In this document: positions 1 through 10,121 of the stretch, one piece after another
How the letters are laid out: every line of letters starts with the position of its first letter
Numbering within the stretch: position 1 is the stretch's first letter
NCBI GenBank assembly: GCA_963739455.1
Contig: CAVUAK010000001.1
Coordinates: 1,792,001 to 1,856,000, forward strand
Reading direction: 5' to 3'
Length of the DNA: 64,000 bases
Source of the DNA: an uncultured Gemmatimonadales bacterium
GTDB taxonomy: Bacteria > Gemmatimonadota > Gemmatimonadetes > Gemmatimonadales > GWC2-71-9
Notes under the pieces: model-generated
Seen by the model: the letters and a program-made list of their open reading frames with translations, nothing else
Database searches by the model: none
What the model was told of the DNA's origin: nothing
Program-made: the position numbers and the translations under genes

Positions 1-1059
1 ACGCGGATCGTCACCGTCGAGCAGTTCGCGAATGATGACGCCGGTGATTCCCGCGAGCAGGATGCCGTTCCGCCCATGGCCGGTGGCGTACCACAGCCCC
101 TTGAGGCGCGGCTCCGGGCCCACGATCGGCCGCCCATCCGGCGACACCGGACGGAGGCCGGCCCAGGTGCGGCGGAGCGTGAGCGACGCCAGCTGCGGAT
201 ACATCGCGGTGACCGCTGCACGGATCCGCTCGATCCCTTCCTTCGTCGTCGAATGATCGAACCCAGCGTACTCCATCGTCGACCCGATGAGCGCCTCGCC
301 ATCGCGATACACGAGGTAACAATCGCGGTTGTACATGATCGTCGGCGGTACGCCCAGCGGCCACGGTAAAGCCGCCATCTGGCCCCGCACCGGTTCCACC
401 GAGAGCGGGCGCGGCATTCCCGCGATCGCGCCCGACCACGCCCCGGCGGCGATGACCACTTCGGGGGCGACGTAAAACTCGCGGCCACGGACGCCCGTCA
501 CCTGGCCATCCAGCTGCTCGAGAGAAACAACCTGGTCGTGAACCACCACCGCGTCGTGCGCCTTCGCGTCGGCCATCAGTGCCTCAACCAGCCGCACCGG
601 ATCGAGCGCACCTTCTCGCGGCGCCCACAGCGCGCCGTGACTTGCCCCGAGCCAGGGCCACTGCGCCTTCACCTCAGCGGCGTCGAGCCAGTCGCAGTGG
701 TGACCCTGCTGCCGCTGCAGGGATACGGACAGGCGGAGGTCGGCGGCCGATGATTCATTGAGGGCGAGGTGGGCGATGCCGCTCTGCCAGAGACCGATGT
801 CGATACCGGTCGAGGACAACAACTCCGCGGCGAGGAGGCCGTAGCGCTCGCGGCCAGCCAGCTTGAGGTCGAACAGCGGATCTTCGGGAACCGCCTCGAT
901 CTGGGGTGCGAGCATGCCTGCGGCCGCACGCCACGCCTCGCCGTCGGGGGTGCCCCGGTCCAGAATCAGCACCCGTCGGCCGGTCAGGGCCAGTTCGCGA
1001 GCGCACGCCGCCCCAATGGCGCCGCCGCCGACTACGATAACATCAAATATGGCAGTCAC
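1..1059 (-). CDS. thiO: Glycine oxidase ThiO-like FAD-dependent oxidoreductase (DAO family), 3' end runs off the window
   Basis: Manual translation from GTG at 1059: FDVIVVGGGAIG (FAD motif), AAAGMLAPQIE, WAGLRPVSPDGRPIVG, YATGHGRNGILLA. Missing from the ORF track because there is no stop in the window. Confidence 0.8.
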   Translation of the reverse strand, partial: MTAIFDVIVVGGGAIGAACARELALTGRRVLILDRGTPDGEAWRAAAGMLAPQIEAVPEDPLFDLKLAGRERYGLLAAELLSSTGIDIGLWQSGIAHLALNESSAADLRLSVSLQRQQGHHCDWLDAAEVKAQWPWLGASHGALWAPREGALDPVRLVEALMADAKAHDAVVVHDQVVSLEQLDGQVTGVRGREFYVAPEVVIAAGAWSGAIAGMPRPLSVEPVRGQMAALPWPLGVPPTIMYNRDCYLVYRDGEALIGSTMEYAGFDHSTTKEGIERIRAAVTAMYPQLASLTLRRTWAGLRPVSPDGRPIVGPEPRLKGLWYATGHGRNGILLAGITGVIIRELLDGDDPR

Positions 1060-1071
1060 TTATATTCAGAC

Positions 1072-1096
1072 GAAACTATTTGAAACGTTGGACGTA
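1072..1096 (+). promoter_or_regulatory. Putative ECF sigma factor promoter
   Basis: GAAAC-N16-CGTA upstream of the small membrane protein gene, matching the generic ECF AAC/CGT pattern. Confidence 0.4.
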
Positions 1097-1135
1097 AGGC
1101 ACGACACCAACGCGACATCCACGGAGGAAAATAGC

Positions 1136-1348
1136 ATGGTCCGGTCACTCTTTGGCTTCTCGATCTTTGCGATCGTTGCCATCATTGCGTCGAAGCTGTT
1201 GTTCGGGCTTCTCGGTGTGGCCATCGGGCTCGCCGGGAAGTTGCTCTGGCTCGCCTTCCTCGGCTGGCTCTTCTACCTGGTGCTGAAGCTCTTCGCGCCG
1301 GAGACGGCGTCGAAGGTCCGGGAGACGATCACCGGGAAGCCAGCGTAA
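1136..1348 (+). CDS. Small 2-TM membrane protein (70 aa)
   Basis: GGAGG RBS before ATG 1136. The product MVRSLFGFSIFAIVAII...LFYLVLKLF is hydrophobic. Confidence 0.8.
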   Translation: MVRSLFGFSIFAIVAIIASKLLFGLLGVAIGLAGKLLWLAFLGWLFYLVLKLFAPETASKVRETITGKPA

Positions 1349-1354
1349 CCAAAC

Positions 1355-1419
1355 GGGAACAGGGAACAGGGAACAGGACATCGTTCCCTGTTCTCTCACG
1401 TCTTCACGTCGTCACGTCT
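1355..1419. repeat. (GGGAACA)x3 with an inverted copy, followed by (TCACGTCN)x3, between convergent genes
   Basis: Read directly: heptamers at 1355-1375, GTTCCCTGTTC at 1383-1393, octamers at 1396-1419. Confidence 0.85.
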
Positions 1420-1425
1420 CGCGCG

Positions 1426-1881
1426 TCAGCGCGATTGCGCCGTCTGCAGCGCGGTGATCGCCCAGCCGTGCCCCGCCCGCTTCGGGACCAGGACCATCAG
1501 TCCGCGTCCCAGTCGCACCTGCGTCTTGTCCTCGGAAAACCAGCGATAGTCGAAGGTCGCCCACGCGACATCCTGCCGTACGTTCACCTCACTCGCGGTG
1601 ACCGCCGACAGGCCACCCGTCTCGACACCTGCCAGTCTCGGGTTGGTGAACCGGGCGGCACCATTCGCAACAACTGAAGCGGACGGCGCAAACAAGGTAT
1701 CAGTCGAGCGGCCACGAGCGTCACCCACCACGACTGCCTCGATAATCAGCGATACATCGTTTTCGGAGTCGGGATTGGCCAGCTGCTTGCTCGGCGCTGG
1801 CACTGGCGGCGCGCTGGGCCCGCAGGCCGCCAGCGTCGCCGCCAGGAAGGCGGCACTCGACAAGCCCCGGAGCCGCCGCAT
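1426..1881 (-). CDS. Lipoprotein, probable NTF2/SnoaL-like fold
   Basis: Lipobox LAAC. The C-terminal DVAWATFDYRW...GWAITALQ pattern is NTF2-like. Coupled to the upstream GT2. Confidence 0.65.
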   Translation of the reverse strand: MRRLRGLSSAAFLAATLAACGPSAPPVPAPSKQLANPDSENDVSLIIEAVVVGDARGRSTDTLFAPSASVVANGAARFTNPRLAGVETGGLSAVTASEVNVRQDVAWATFDYRWFSEDKTQVRLGRGLMVLVPKRAGHGWAITALQTAQSR

Positions 1882-2657
1882 CAGGAGACCAGTTCGACCT
1901 CGCGCTCCACGGTGGCCGGACCCTCGACCGGGGGGAGGAAGTGCAGCGAGCCACGCGAGCGCCAGAGCGCCCGGGCCGTGTCCCAGGGACGGAGCCGGCT
2001 CGGCCGGTGCCTGAGGTCGTGGCGCTCGACCGTCGCCACCGTCTCGATGCGGCGCGCATGACGCGCCGCCAGCCCGATGAGCTCGGCGTTCGCCGCCCAG
2101 CCGTCCGTGCGCAGCAGGGGCTCCGGTGCGGTGCGAAGGGCGTTGCGGAGGGTGATGAGCCGGAAGGCAACGAAGCCCGACACGATGTCGCTGACGCCCG
2201 GCACACCGACGCGACTCCGCAGCAGGACTGGCGCCCAGCGTCGCAGCATGCGGAGGCCGCGGGACGGCTCGCCGACGGCGCCGCCCTCGCCAACCACCAG
2301 GTCGGCCCCGCCATCGATGTGGCGCACCAGGTCGGGGATGAAATGGGGCCCATGGGCAAAGTCGGCGTGCATCATGATGGCGCAGTCGCGCTTGGGGCGG
2401 TCGGTGCGCTCCACTGCCAGGCGCAGCAGGCTTTCCACCGTGCGCGCATAGCCCCTGCGCTCCTCTGAGCGGATGACCGTGAGCGGAAGCGCGCGGGTGT
2501 AGGGCTGGAGGATCTCACTGGTGGCATCGGTGGATCCGTCGTCGCCCACCAGGAGCTGGTACTCGCGCTCGAACGCGCTGAACACCTGCCGGACCTTCCA
2601 GAGAAGAAGCCCCACGGTCGGGGCCTCGTTGTGGCTCGGTATACAGACGTAGATCAT
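1881..2657 (-). CDS. Glycosyltransferase family 2
   Basis: IYVCIPSHNEA, GDDGSTDAT and HADF motifs. Confidence 0.9.
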   Translation of the reverse strand: MIYVCIPSHNEAPTVGLLLWKVRQVFSAFEREYQLLVGDDGSTDATSEILQPYTRALPLTVIRSEERRGYARTVESLLRLAVERTDRPKRDCAIMMHADFAHGPHFIPDLVRHIDGGADLVVGEGGAVGEPSRGLRMLRRWAPVLLRSRVGVPGVSDIVSGFVAFRLITLRNALRTAPEPLLRTDGWAANAELIGLAARHARRIETVATVERHDLRHRPSRLRPWDTARALWRSRGSLHFLPPVEGPATVEREVELVS

Positions 2658-3723
2658 GCGGAAACCGGGTTGATGAGAGCCGAACGATATACGCCGATCG
2701 TGCGCTCTGCCATCCCGCCAACATCGTAGCCCTGGACTACCCGCCGTCCCGCCTCCGCCATGGCCGCGGCGGCCGCGGGGTCGCGCAGGACACGCTCGAT
2801 CTCGCGCGCCAGGGCCGCAGCGTCGCCGTTGGGCACCAGCGCCCCGCTCCCCGAGGCCAGCAGCTCAGGCACGCCGCCAACGGCCGTGGCCACGATGGGG
2901 CGGCCGATGGCCATCGCGTCGAGCAGGGTCGACCCGAGGCCTTCGCTCGTGGCGGCAGACGCGACCAGCGTGGCCTCCGCGATGAGCTCGTCCACGTAGT
3001 CGATGTGGCCGAGGAAGGCGACGCGCCGTCCCAGTCCGGCCTCCTCGGCGTGCCGCACGAGCCGGGCGTGTTGCGGTCCGTCCCCCGCCAGGGCCCAGCG
3101 AACCTCTGGCATCCGGGACGCCAGCAGTGCGGCCGCCTCGATGAGGGTGTGATGGCCTTTTTCCGGCGTGAGTGCGGCGATGCACGCCACCAGCGGGGCA
3201 TCGGCCGGCCACCCACGCGCCGCCCGCACGTTCGACGGGATCGCCGCCGCGAGTCTCGCGGACTGGAATGCCGTCGGGAATGACCGAGATGCGGTCGCGC
3301 CTCACACCGCCGCGAACCAGCGCCGCCTCTACCGCACCTGAAATGGCGATCACGCGCGACACATTCGTCCAGGTGCCGCCTGCGCGCACCGGGAACACGA
3401 CGCGCCGCGTCGCGACTACAGGATTGGCGCCGCTCCAAAGTGCCAGCCGGAGCGCATGGCCGTCGTGGGCGTGTACCAGTGCCGGACTGGCCCGCCTTTC
3501 GCATATAATGCCATAGAGCGCCCGTGGATCGAGGCCCAGGTCCCAGTCCACCTCGATCACTCGCACACCAGCCACGCTTGACGCGGCGCGCAAGCTCGGA
3601 TCCGCGGCAAGTCAGCAGTGACTGCTCCAGCGGGTGCGCGGCCAGCGCCCGGGCCAGGAACCAGACCTGTCGCTCGCCGCCGCGCCACTCGCGGCCCGAC
3701 GCCACGTGCAGCACCCGAATCAC
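2654..3723 (-). CDS. Glycosyltransferase family 4 (two apparent frameshifts near 3580 and 3232)
   Basis: N-terminal IRVLHVASGREWRGGERQV, middle LVHAHDGHA and C-terminal EKGH/EGLGSTLLDAMA fall in three successive frames. Confidence 0.8.
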
Positions 3724-3752
3724 GAGTTTCGCCTGTAGTGATGGGGGAACCG

Positions 3753-4471
3753 ATGATACGAGCGGATACCAGGAGTCGCCTCGGCTCCACGATCTCCACC
3801 TCATGCTCCTGCTGCTCAGTCGCGGGTCGGCGGTTCGCCGGCGCGCCCTCGAGCGTCGCCTGGAGCGTGAGGGCCCCGACGTCCTGCTCGACCATCCCGA
3901 ATTGCCCGAGCGCCTTCTCGCGGTGCGGACGCTGCTCGTGCCGTCCGACCACCTCTTTTTCTACGTGATGGTACGGCACACCCTGCGGCGGAATGGCGTC
4001 GATGATCGTGACCTCTCCGACTACCTGTCGGCGGTCCTCATGACGTTCGGTCACCGGGACCGCGCGTGGCGCATCGACTGGCACGATGATCAGCGGCATC
4101 ATTATCTCGTGGACATCCTGCAGGACCTCGAGGCCACCAGTGGCGAGCGCCGGTTCCGGGTACTGGTGCACCTCGGCAACTACGCGCTCTGGCTGGCCGG
4201 GCTCTTTCCCGACTACATCGCGGCACGACAGCTCCGGAAGGGCGGGCCCGCCGTCAGCTACTACGAATCCCTCGGCAGTCGCGGCTATGCGCTGGCGTCC
4301 GATCATGCGCTGGCCGAGTCGTCGGGCCTCGAGCCGATCCTGCGCCTCGCGGCCGGGCGATTCCCGGCGGTGCGAAGTGCGCTCAATGCGGTGAGCGACC
4401 AGGTGTTCTTCCCGGTTGGCGTGAGCGCCCTGCGGCTCGAGCGCCAGTTCGGCGGCAACCTGCTTCAGTAG
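3753..4471 (+). CDS. Hypothetical protein (frameshift near 3785)
   Basis: Start MIRADTRSRLG continues in another frame as DLHLMLLLLSRG...HLGNYALWLAGLFPDYI. Codon usage is coding-like. Confidence 0.65.
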
Positions 4472-5188
4472 GCCGGCACCACTGCCTCGGTGAGCGCGCG
4501 AAACAGGCCGCGCTCCGGGGCCGCGGCATCAGCGAACATCTCTTCCGGGTGCCACTGTACGGCGAGCAGCCACGGCTCGCCGCTCGCACTTTCGACCGCT
4601 TCGACCAGGCCGTCGTCCGCCCAGGCGCTCGCCCGGAGCGGCGGCGCGAGGTCGCGAATTCCCTGATGGTGAAACGAATTCACGTCCATCGTCGTGCGCC
4701 CGAGTACAGCCTCGGCGCGACTTCCTGCCTCGATGGTGACGCCGTGGGTCCGCACGCTCCGGGCGTCCCGACGGTCATGCTCGAGTGGACGATGGCCGCT
4801 CGCCGGGGAGGTGCTGCCAGAGCGTTCCGCCGAGTGCCACGTTGATGAGCTGGATGCCGCGGCAGATGCCGAGGATGGGCATGCCTCGCTGGCGCGCCGC
4901 GGCGAACAGTGCCAGCTCGAAGAGGTCGCGCTCCCGGTCCACGTCGCCAAGGGCAGGTGACGCCGCTGCCCCGTACCAGGCGGGGTCCAGGTCCTCGCCA
5001 CCGGTGAGGAGCAATGCATCAATGCCCTCGAGCGCGCCCATGGCCCGCGCGGCACCGATCGCGGGCGGCAGGATGAGCGGGATGGCGCCCGTCTCCAGTA
5101 TGGAAAGCACGTACGCCGAGTTGACACCCTGTCGCTCGGCGCCTGCCCACTGGCGACGAATGCCGCTCACGCCGATCCGCACGCTCAC
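4465..5188 (-). CDS. Gamma-glutamyl-gamma-aminobutyrate hydrolase family (peptidase C26, PuuD-like), frameshift near 4790
   Basis: LLLTGGEDLDP and GICRGIQLINVALGG, then VNSFHHQ and VQWHPE in the second frame. Confidence 0.88.
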
Positions 5189-5671
5189 TTCGCGATCGAG
5201 TCCGGGAAGAGGGGGCACCGGGCATCCTGGATACCTGCCATATCCACCTCGACGCCGAAGAGCGGAATGCTCTTGCCGCCCACGGAAACGAGGCCGAGTC
5301 GGGGCGCTGCTTCGATCGGTATTCCCTCGAAGAGCACCACGCCCTGCGGCGCGCCACCGCGCTGCACCACCAGCACGCCGAACGCCGGTGCCGACTTCGC
5401 CGGCAGGGCACCCTCCACGCCGACGACCAGGCCCGAATCCGAGCGGCCCGACAAGGGCCGGGCAGCGCCGGCCCGGCGGCGAGCCGCGCGACGACCCGCT
5501 CCGGAAGACGCGTCGGCGGCACGGACAGGGTCTGCTGCGGCACCGTGAACGCCGCGAGCACAGCGTTCGGCGCCGGCGAGCGCCGCGATGCCGCAGGCAG
5601 GATTGCCGCGGACATCACCTCGTCCGGTGCAGGCCGAGAGCAGGAGTGTTGCCATCAGGATGCGGGCGCAT
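5185..5671 (-). CDS. Hypothetical lipoprotein (frameshifted)
   Basis: LLLSAC lipobox. Coding segments switch frame near 5575 and 5455, and the stop overlaps the downstream start. Confidence 0.55.
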
Positions 5672-5696
5672 GTCGTGGGTCCTCCCGGGAACGCCG

Positions 5697-6359
5697 CTAG
5701 ATGGTGAGGACGAGCAGGATGGCGAACAGGTTGTTCTTCGGATCCAGCGGAGAATCGATGAAGCTGGTGATGGCCTTCATGTAGCGCGCCTCGAGACCGA
5801 GGCTCACGCCCTTGCAGGTTCCACTGGATGCCGCCGCCCACGAGCCAGCTCCACTCCACCCCGCGAAAGGTCTCGTCACAACCGGTGAGCGCGAGGGAGT
5901 CGACGGCATTCGTGGTGGTGACGTTGCAGCCGAGCTCGAAGCCCGGCGCCCGCCCCGGCGAACACGACTGGCCGGACGCCCCGGCCGCGGCCGTTCAGGC
6001 TCGGCGCGAACCGCACCAGCAGGGGAATCTGCAGGTATCCAAACTCGAAGGTGCTGCTCGAGCCTGCTGGCGCGCCGGCGACCGGGAAGGTGCCGCCCTT
6101 GATCGTCAGGTCGATCTCGGGCTGCAGCGAGATCCACTTGAACACCCGTGGTGCGCAGGAAGAGTCCGACCGACGCGCCCTGCCGGTCCTCGGACAGGGC
6201 ATTGAGGCTGTCGCTGGTGGTCGAGATCCAGCTGCGGGCGTAGCCGACCTGGCCCCCGACGACGGTCCGGTCCCGCTGCGCCGCCGCACCGGCGGGGGCG
6301 GCGATCAGCAGGACGAGGAGCATGAGGCGGGTACATGAGTGGGGCCGCGGGATTCGCAT
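5697..6359 (-). CDS. Outer-membrane beta-barrel (porin/PorT-like) protein, frameshifted
   Basis: Signal peptide, then SLQPEIDLTIKG, YLQIPLLVRF and LGLEARY barrel strands spread across frames. Confidence 0.7.
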   Translation of the reverse strand: MRIPRPHSCTRLMLLVLLIAAPAGAAAQRDRTVVGGQVGYARSWISTTSDSLNALSEDRQGASVGLFLRTTGVQVDLAAARDRPDDQGRHLPGRRRASRLEQHLRVWIPADSPAGAVRAEPERPRPGRPASRVRRGGRRASSSAATSPPRMPSTPSRSPVVTRPFAGWSGAGSWAAASSGTCKGVSLGLEARYMKAITSFIDSPLDPKNNLFAILLVLTI

Positions 6360-6406
6360 CGCCTGCAAGATACGACGGCCGCCGGGCCATGGCAGCGCCT
6401 GGTCGC

Positions 6407-6436
6407 TTGACGCGCCGAAGTCCCGCGGCATAGTGT
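6407..6436 (+). promoter_or_regulatory. Putative sigma70 promoter
   Basis: TTGACG-N18-TAGTGT upstream of AGGAG and ATG 6475. Confidence 0.5.
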
Positions 6437-6474
6437 TCCGCGTTCCGCACGTCCGGGGCGCCACAGGAGCCAGC

Positions 6475-7033
6475 ATGTTCGAAGGACTCAAGGTCACGCA
6501 TGGAGCGATTTTTCGCCGATGCTACGCCACCCGCCGATCGCCGGGCCCAGGCGGGCGCGCTGCGCTCGGCCATCATCGAGGCCAAGGTTGCGGTGAGCAC
6601 GATGCGCGACGCCCTGGCCGCGAGCGAGCTCCAGCTGGATGTGGAGCGACGCCAGGCGGCTGATGCAGAGCGTCGCGGCAAGCTGGCGGGCGAGATCGGG
6701 GACGCGGAGACGGTGGCCGTGGCCGAGAAGTTCGCTGCCCGTCATCGCGAGCGACTGGCGATGGTCGAGCGGCGGATCGCCGTGCAGCGCGAGGAGCTGA
6801 TGCTCGCCGAACGGGAATTGGCCGAGATGACGGGCTCGCTGCGTGACGCGCCGTCCGATGCCGCCGGCGACAGCGTACGCGATGCGTGGCGCGATCTCGA
6901 GACCGCGGGCGGCGTGAACCCGGACACCGACGTGAAGGACGAACTGCTCCAGCTGGAGATGGACCAGGCTCGCCGCAAGGCCGCGGTGGATGAGCAGCTC
7001 GCCTTCCTCAAGAAGAAGATGGGGAAGGAATGA
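6475..7033 (+). CDS. PspA/IM30-like coiled-coil protein (likely start 6475 with an early frameshift; ORF track starts at 6500)
   Basis: AGGAG RBS precedes MFEGLK. Long coiled coil ending VDEQLAFLKKKMGK, like the PspA C-terminus. Confidence 0.6.
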
Positions 7034-8063
7034 AGGGCACCACTTCCCGGTTCCCTGTTCCCTGTTCCCGCTGTTCGTACCCGCACTCCTCGTCGCGCAG
7101 CAGCCCGTCGTCGCTCCACCGCACTTCGCCAAGCTCGCCCACACCTACAGTATCGTCGCCTGGGATTCCGTCACCGGAGACCTCGGTGTTGCCGTCGAGT
7201 CCAAGTTTCCCAACGTTGGCGGCATCGTGCCGTGGGCCCAGGCCGGCGTCGGCGCGGTCGCGACCCAGAGCCTGAGCAATACCGCGTTCGGTGAGCGCGG
7301 CCTCGAGCTCATCGCCATGGGTGCGAGCGCCGAGGAGGCGATGCGCATCGTGATGCGGTCGGATACGATGCTGCAGGACCGGCAGGTGGGAATGGTCGAC
7401 GCACGGGGTGGCGCCGCGAGCTTTACTGGCACCAGGACGTTCGACTGGGCCGGCGGTCGCGTGGGCAAGCCGGGCACGCCAGGTGGGACGCTGGGCGGAA
7501 AGGGCGTGGTGATCGTTGGCCACGGCTACGCCGCGCAGGCCAACATCATGGTGTCCGACCAGACGGTGAAGAACCTGGCTGAGACGTTCGAGCGAACGCA
7601 GGGCGATCTCAGCACTCGGCTGATGGCGGCGCTCAAGGCGGGACAGGCCGGCGGTGGTGACAAGCGCGGCATGCAGTCGGCAGCGCTGCTGGTGGTGCGC
7701 AAGAACGGCGGCTATCTCGGGGCCAACGACCGGTTCATCGATATCCGCGTCTACGACGCCGCCGATCCGATCGCCGAGCTCGAACGACTCCTCGCGTTGC
7801 ACGTGCTCTTCTTCTTCCCCAGTCAGCCATCCGACCTGGTGGTCATCACCCCGGCCATTGTCGCACAGCTCGAGCCTATCCTTCTGCGCGAGCCAGTGAA
7901 CCAGCCGGAGAAATGGCTCGCGAAGCCGCAAGGTTCCGCCAACCAGGCGTTCCTCGAGGCCCTGCGCAATTTCATGTACTGGGAGAACTATGACGTCCGC
8001 GTCCGGATGGACGGCAAGATCGACCAGGTCGTGCTCGCCGACATCATGTCGAAGCATCCGTAG
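7030..8063 (+). CDS. DUF1028 family Ntn-hydrolase-like secreted protein
   Basis: HTYSIVAWDSVTGDLGVAV, GVGAVATQS, GGDKRGMQSAALLVV. The ATG at 7030 overlaps the upstream stop but is out of frame, so an indel is likely. Confidence 0.88.
7044..7071. repeat. (TTCCCTG)-type heptamer array, about 4 units, inside the signal-peptide region
   Basis: TTCCCGG TTCCCTG TTCCCTG TTCCCGC, the reverse complement of the GGGAACA family. Confidence 0.8.
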
Positions 8064-8096
8064 CCCGCTCCGGCCTACCGCTTACCCAAGGCTCCC

Positions 8097-9476
8097 GTGA
8101 CTGCCGCAACCTTGCCTGACGCCTTTCCTACGAAACAGCCGCGCGGCCTTCCGCTCCTGTTCCTGGCCGAGATGTGGGAGCGCTTTTCCTACTACGGGAT
8201 GCGGGCGCTGCTGATCCTGTACCTCATCGACACCACCACAGGTGGATTCGGGTGGACGCAGGAGAGGGCCAGCCGCTTCTACGGGTGGTATACCGGCCTC
8301 GTGTACCTCACGCCGATCCTGGGCGGCTGGCTTGCCGATCGCTATCTCGGCACGGCCAAGTCGCTCATCATCGGCGGCATCATCATCTCGCTCGGCCACT
8401 TCACCATGGCGGCCGATTCCCACTTCACCTTCTTCGCCGGGATCGTGCTCATCATCATCGGCACCGGCTTCTTCAAGGCGAACGTGTCGACCATGGTGGG
8501 CCAGCTCTACGGCGACAACGATCCCCGCCGTGACGCCGGGTTCACGATCTACTACATCGGCATCAATACCGGTGCCTTCTTCGGGCCGCTCATCTGCGGC
8601 TGGCTCGCCGCCAATCCGCGGTTCGGCTGGTCCTACGGGTTTGGCGCTGCCGGCGTGGGCATGGCGCTCGGCCTCATCTGCTTCCTGCTGCTGCGCAAGA
8701 AGTATCTGGGCGACATCGGCATGACGCCGATGGGGCAAACGCGGATGGCCGACGGTGGCAAGGCATCGGCCGAGCCGCTCACGAAGGAGGAGAAGGATCG
8801 GGTCGTCGCGATCGTCATCGTGGTGATCTTCGTGGCGTTCTTCTGGCTGGCCTTCGAGCAGGCGGGTTCGTCGCTCAACGTGTTCGCGCAGCAGAAGACG
8901 CAGCGGGCGGTGGGGGGCTGGCTCGGCAGCATCGTGCCGAACGGTGAGATCCCCGCCGCGTGGTTCCAGTCGGTCGGGCCCTTCTTCATCCTCACGCTGG
9001 CGCCGGTGTTCGCGATGCTGTGGAACCGGCTGGGTACGCGGCAGCCGAGTACGCCGCTGAAGATGACCTGGGGCCTCTTCTTCCTTGGGCTGGGCTTCGT
9101 CATCATCGCGGCCGGCGCCTGGCTGGCCGGCGCCAATGGCCTCGCGAGCCCGTTCTACCTCATCGCGCTCTACTTCGTGCATACCTGTGGCGAACTGCTC
9201 GTGTCGCCGGTCGGCCTCTCCTTCGTGACGAAGGTGGCGCCGGTCAAGATCGCGTCGATGATGATGGGCGTCTGGTTCCTCTCCAACTTCTCGGCGAACC
9301 TGGTTGGTGGCTACATCGCGGGAACGGTCCAGAAGGTGGCGCGCGGTGAGGTGTTCACACTGCTCGGTGGCCAGGCGGACTTCTTCCTGATCTTCGTGAT
9401 CACCTCCTTCGCAGCCTGCGGATTGCTGATTGTCCTCACGCCGACCTTGAAGCGGTTGATTCACGGCAAGGGGTGA
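8097..9476 (+). CDS. POT/PTR family proton-dependent oligopeptide transporter (MFS)
   Basis: EMWERFSYYGM (ExxERFxYY), GFFKAN, YYIGINTGA and GELLVSPVGLS motifs. Confidence 0.95.
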   Translation: MTAATLPDAFPTKQPRGLPLLFLAEMWERFSYYGMRALLILYLIDTTTGGFGWTQERASRFYGWYTGLVYLTPILGGWLADRYLGTAKSLIIGGIIISLGHFTMAADSHFTFFAGIVLIIIGTGFFKANVSTMVGQLYGDNDPRRDAGFTIYYIGINTGAFFGPLICGWLAANPRFGWSYGFGAAGVGMALGLICFLLLRKKYLGDIGMTPMGQTRMADGGKASAEPLTKEEKDRVVAIVIVVIFVAFFWLAFEQAGSSLNVFAQQKTQRAVGGWLGSIVPNGEIPAAWFQSVGPFFILTLAPVFAMLWNRLGTRQPSTPLKMTWGLFFLGLGFVIIAAGAWLAGANGLASPFYLIALYFVHTCGELLVSPVGLSFVTKVAPVKIASMMMGVWFLSNFSANLVGGYIAGTVQKVARGEVFTLLGGQADFFLIFVITSFAACGLLIVLTPTLKRLIHGKG

Positions 9477-10045
9477 CGGCGCCTCGCCTGGTGACGCCGC
9501 GCCTTGGCGCGATTGCCACAGGTGTCCATGTCACACCAGCGCCGGGAGCTGTTCTTCGTGTGGTCGAGGTAGAGCCGGCCGCAGCGCTCGGCGGCGCATT
9601 CGCGGAGCCGGGCCACGTCGGGTGACGACAGCAGGTGCAGGGCAGAGCGGAGGATGGGACGCAGCAGGTCGGGAGAGGGGCCGGCAGGTATCGTGAACGC
9701 GATGCCGTCGGCCCTTGGTGCGAGCAGGAAGGTCGGCGAGTCGCCGATCGCGGCATTGATGTACGAAATGGAGGCCTCGGGAGGCGCTTCCCGACGAGCC
9801 GCCGCTCGAAGGCAGTCGTGAAGTGCTCGCCGGAGCGACCAGGCCCGACCCAGCGCCCGGCGCCGCGCGTCCGCGTCCGCTGCGGCTTCTTCCCTCAGCC
9901 GCTCGGCGGCGCTCTCAGCCAAGGCTCCCCGTTCAACCGCCCAATCCAGCAGGAAGCCGTAGCCCCTGATCTGGTCGTCCCGGACCATCTCCGGCCCGTC
10001 CCACGTGACTGTATTGACGTAATCGAGGCAGAGAAGTTCAGTCAT
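9461..10045 (-). CDS. ABATE domain / CGNR zinc-finger protein
   Basis: LCLDYVNT N-terminus; RECAAERCGRLYLDHTKNSSRRWCDMDTCGNRAK. Confidence 0.92.
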   Translation of the reverse strand: MTELLCLDYVNTVTWDGPEMVRDDQIRGYGFLLDWAVERGALAESAAERLREEAAADADARRRALGRAWSLRRALHDCLRAAARREAPPEASISYINAAIGDSPTFLLAPRADGIAFTIPAGPSPDLLRPILRSALHLLSSPDVARLRECAAERCGRLYLDHTKNSSRRWCDMDTCGNRAKARRHQARRRHPLP

Positions 10046-10046
10046 C

Positions 10047-10121
10047 TAACCTTCAAATATATGTTTGAAGGTTAATTATCTACGCTACAACTTTAACCGT
10101 CAATGGCAGTTTTGAAGGTTA
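10047..10121. promoter_or_regulatory. Two 28-bp palindromic operator-like sites, TAACCNTCAA-N8-TTGAAGGTTA
   Basis: 10047-10074 TAACCTTCAAATATATGTTTGAAGGTTA and 10094-10121 TAACCGTCAATGGCAGTTTTGAAGGTTA, immediately upstream of the CGNR gene. Confidence 0.7.
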
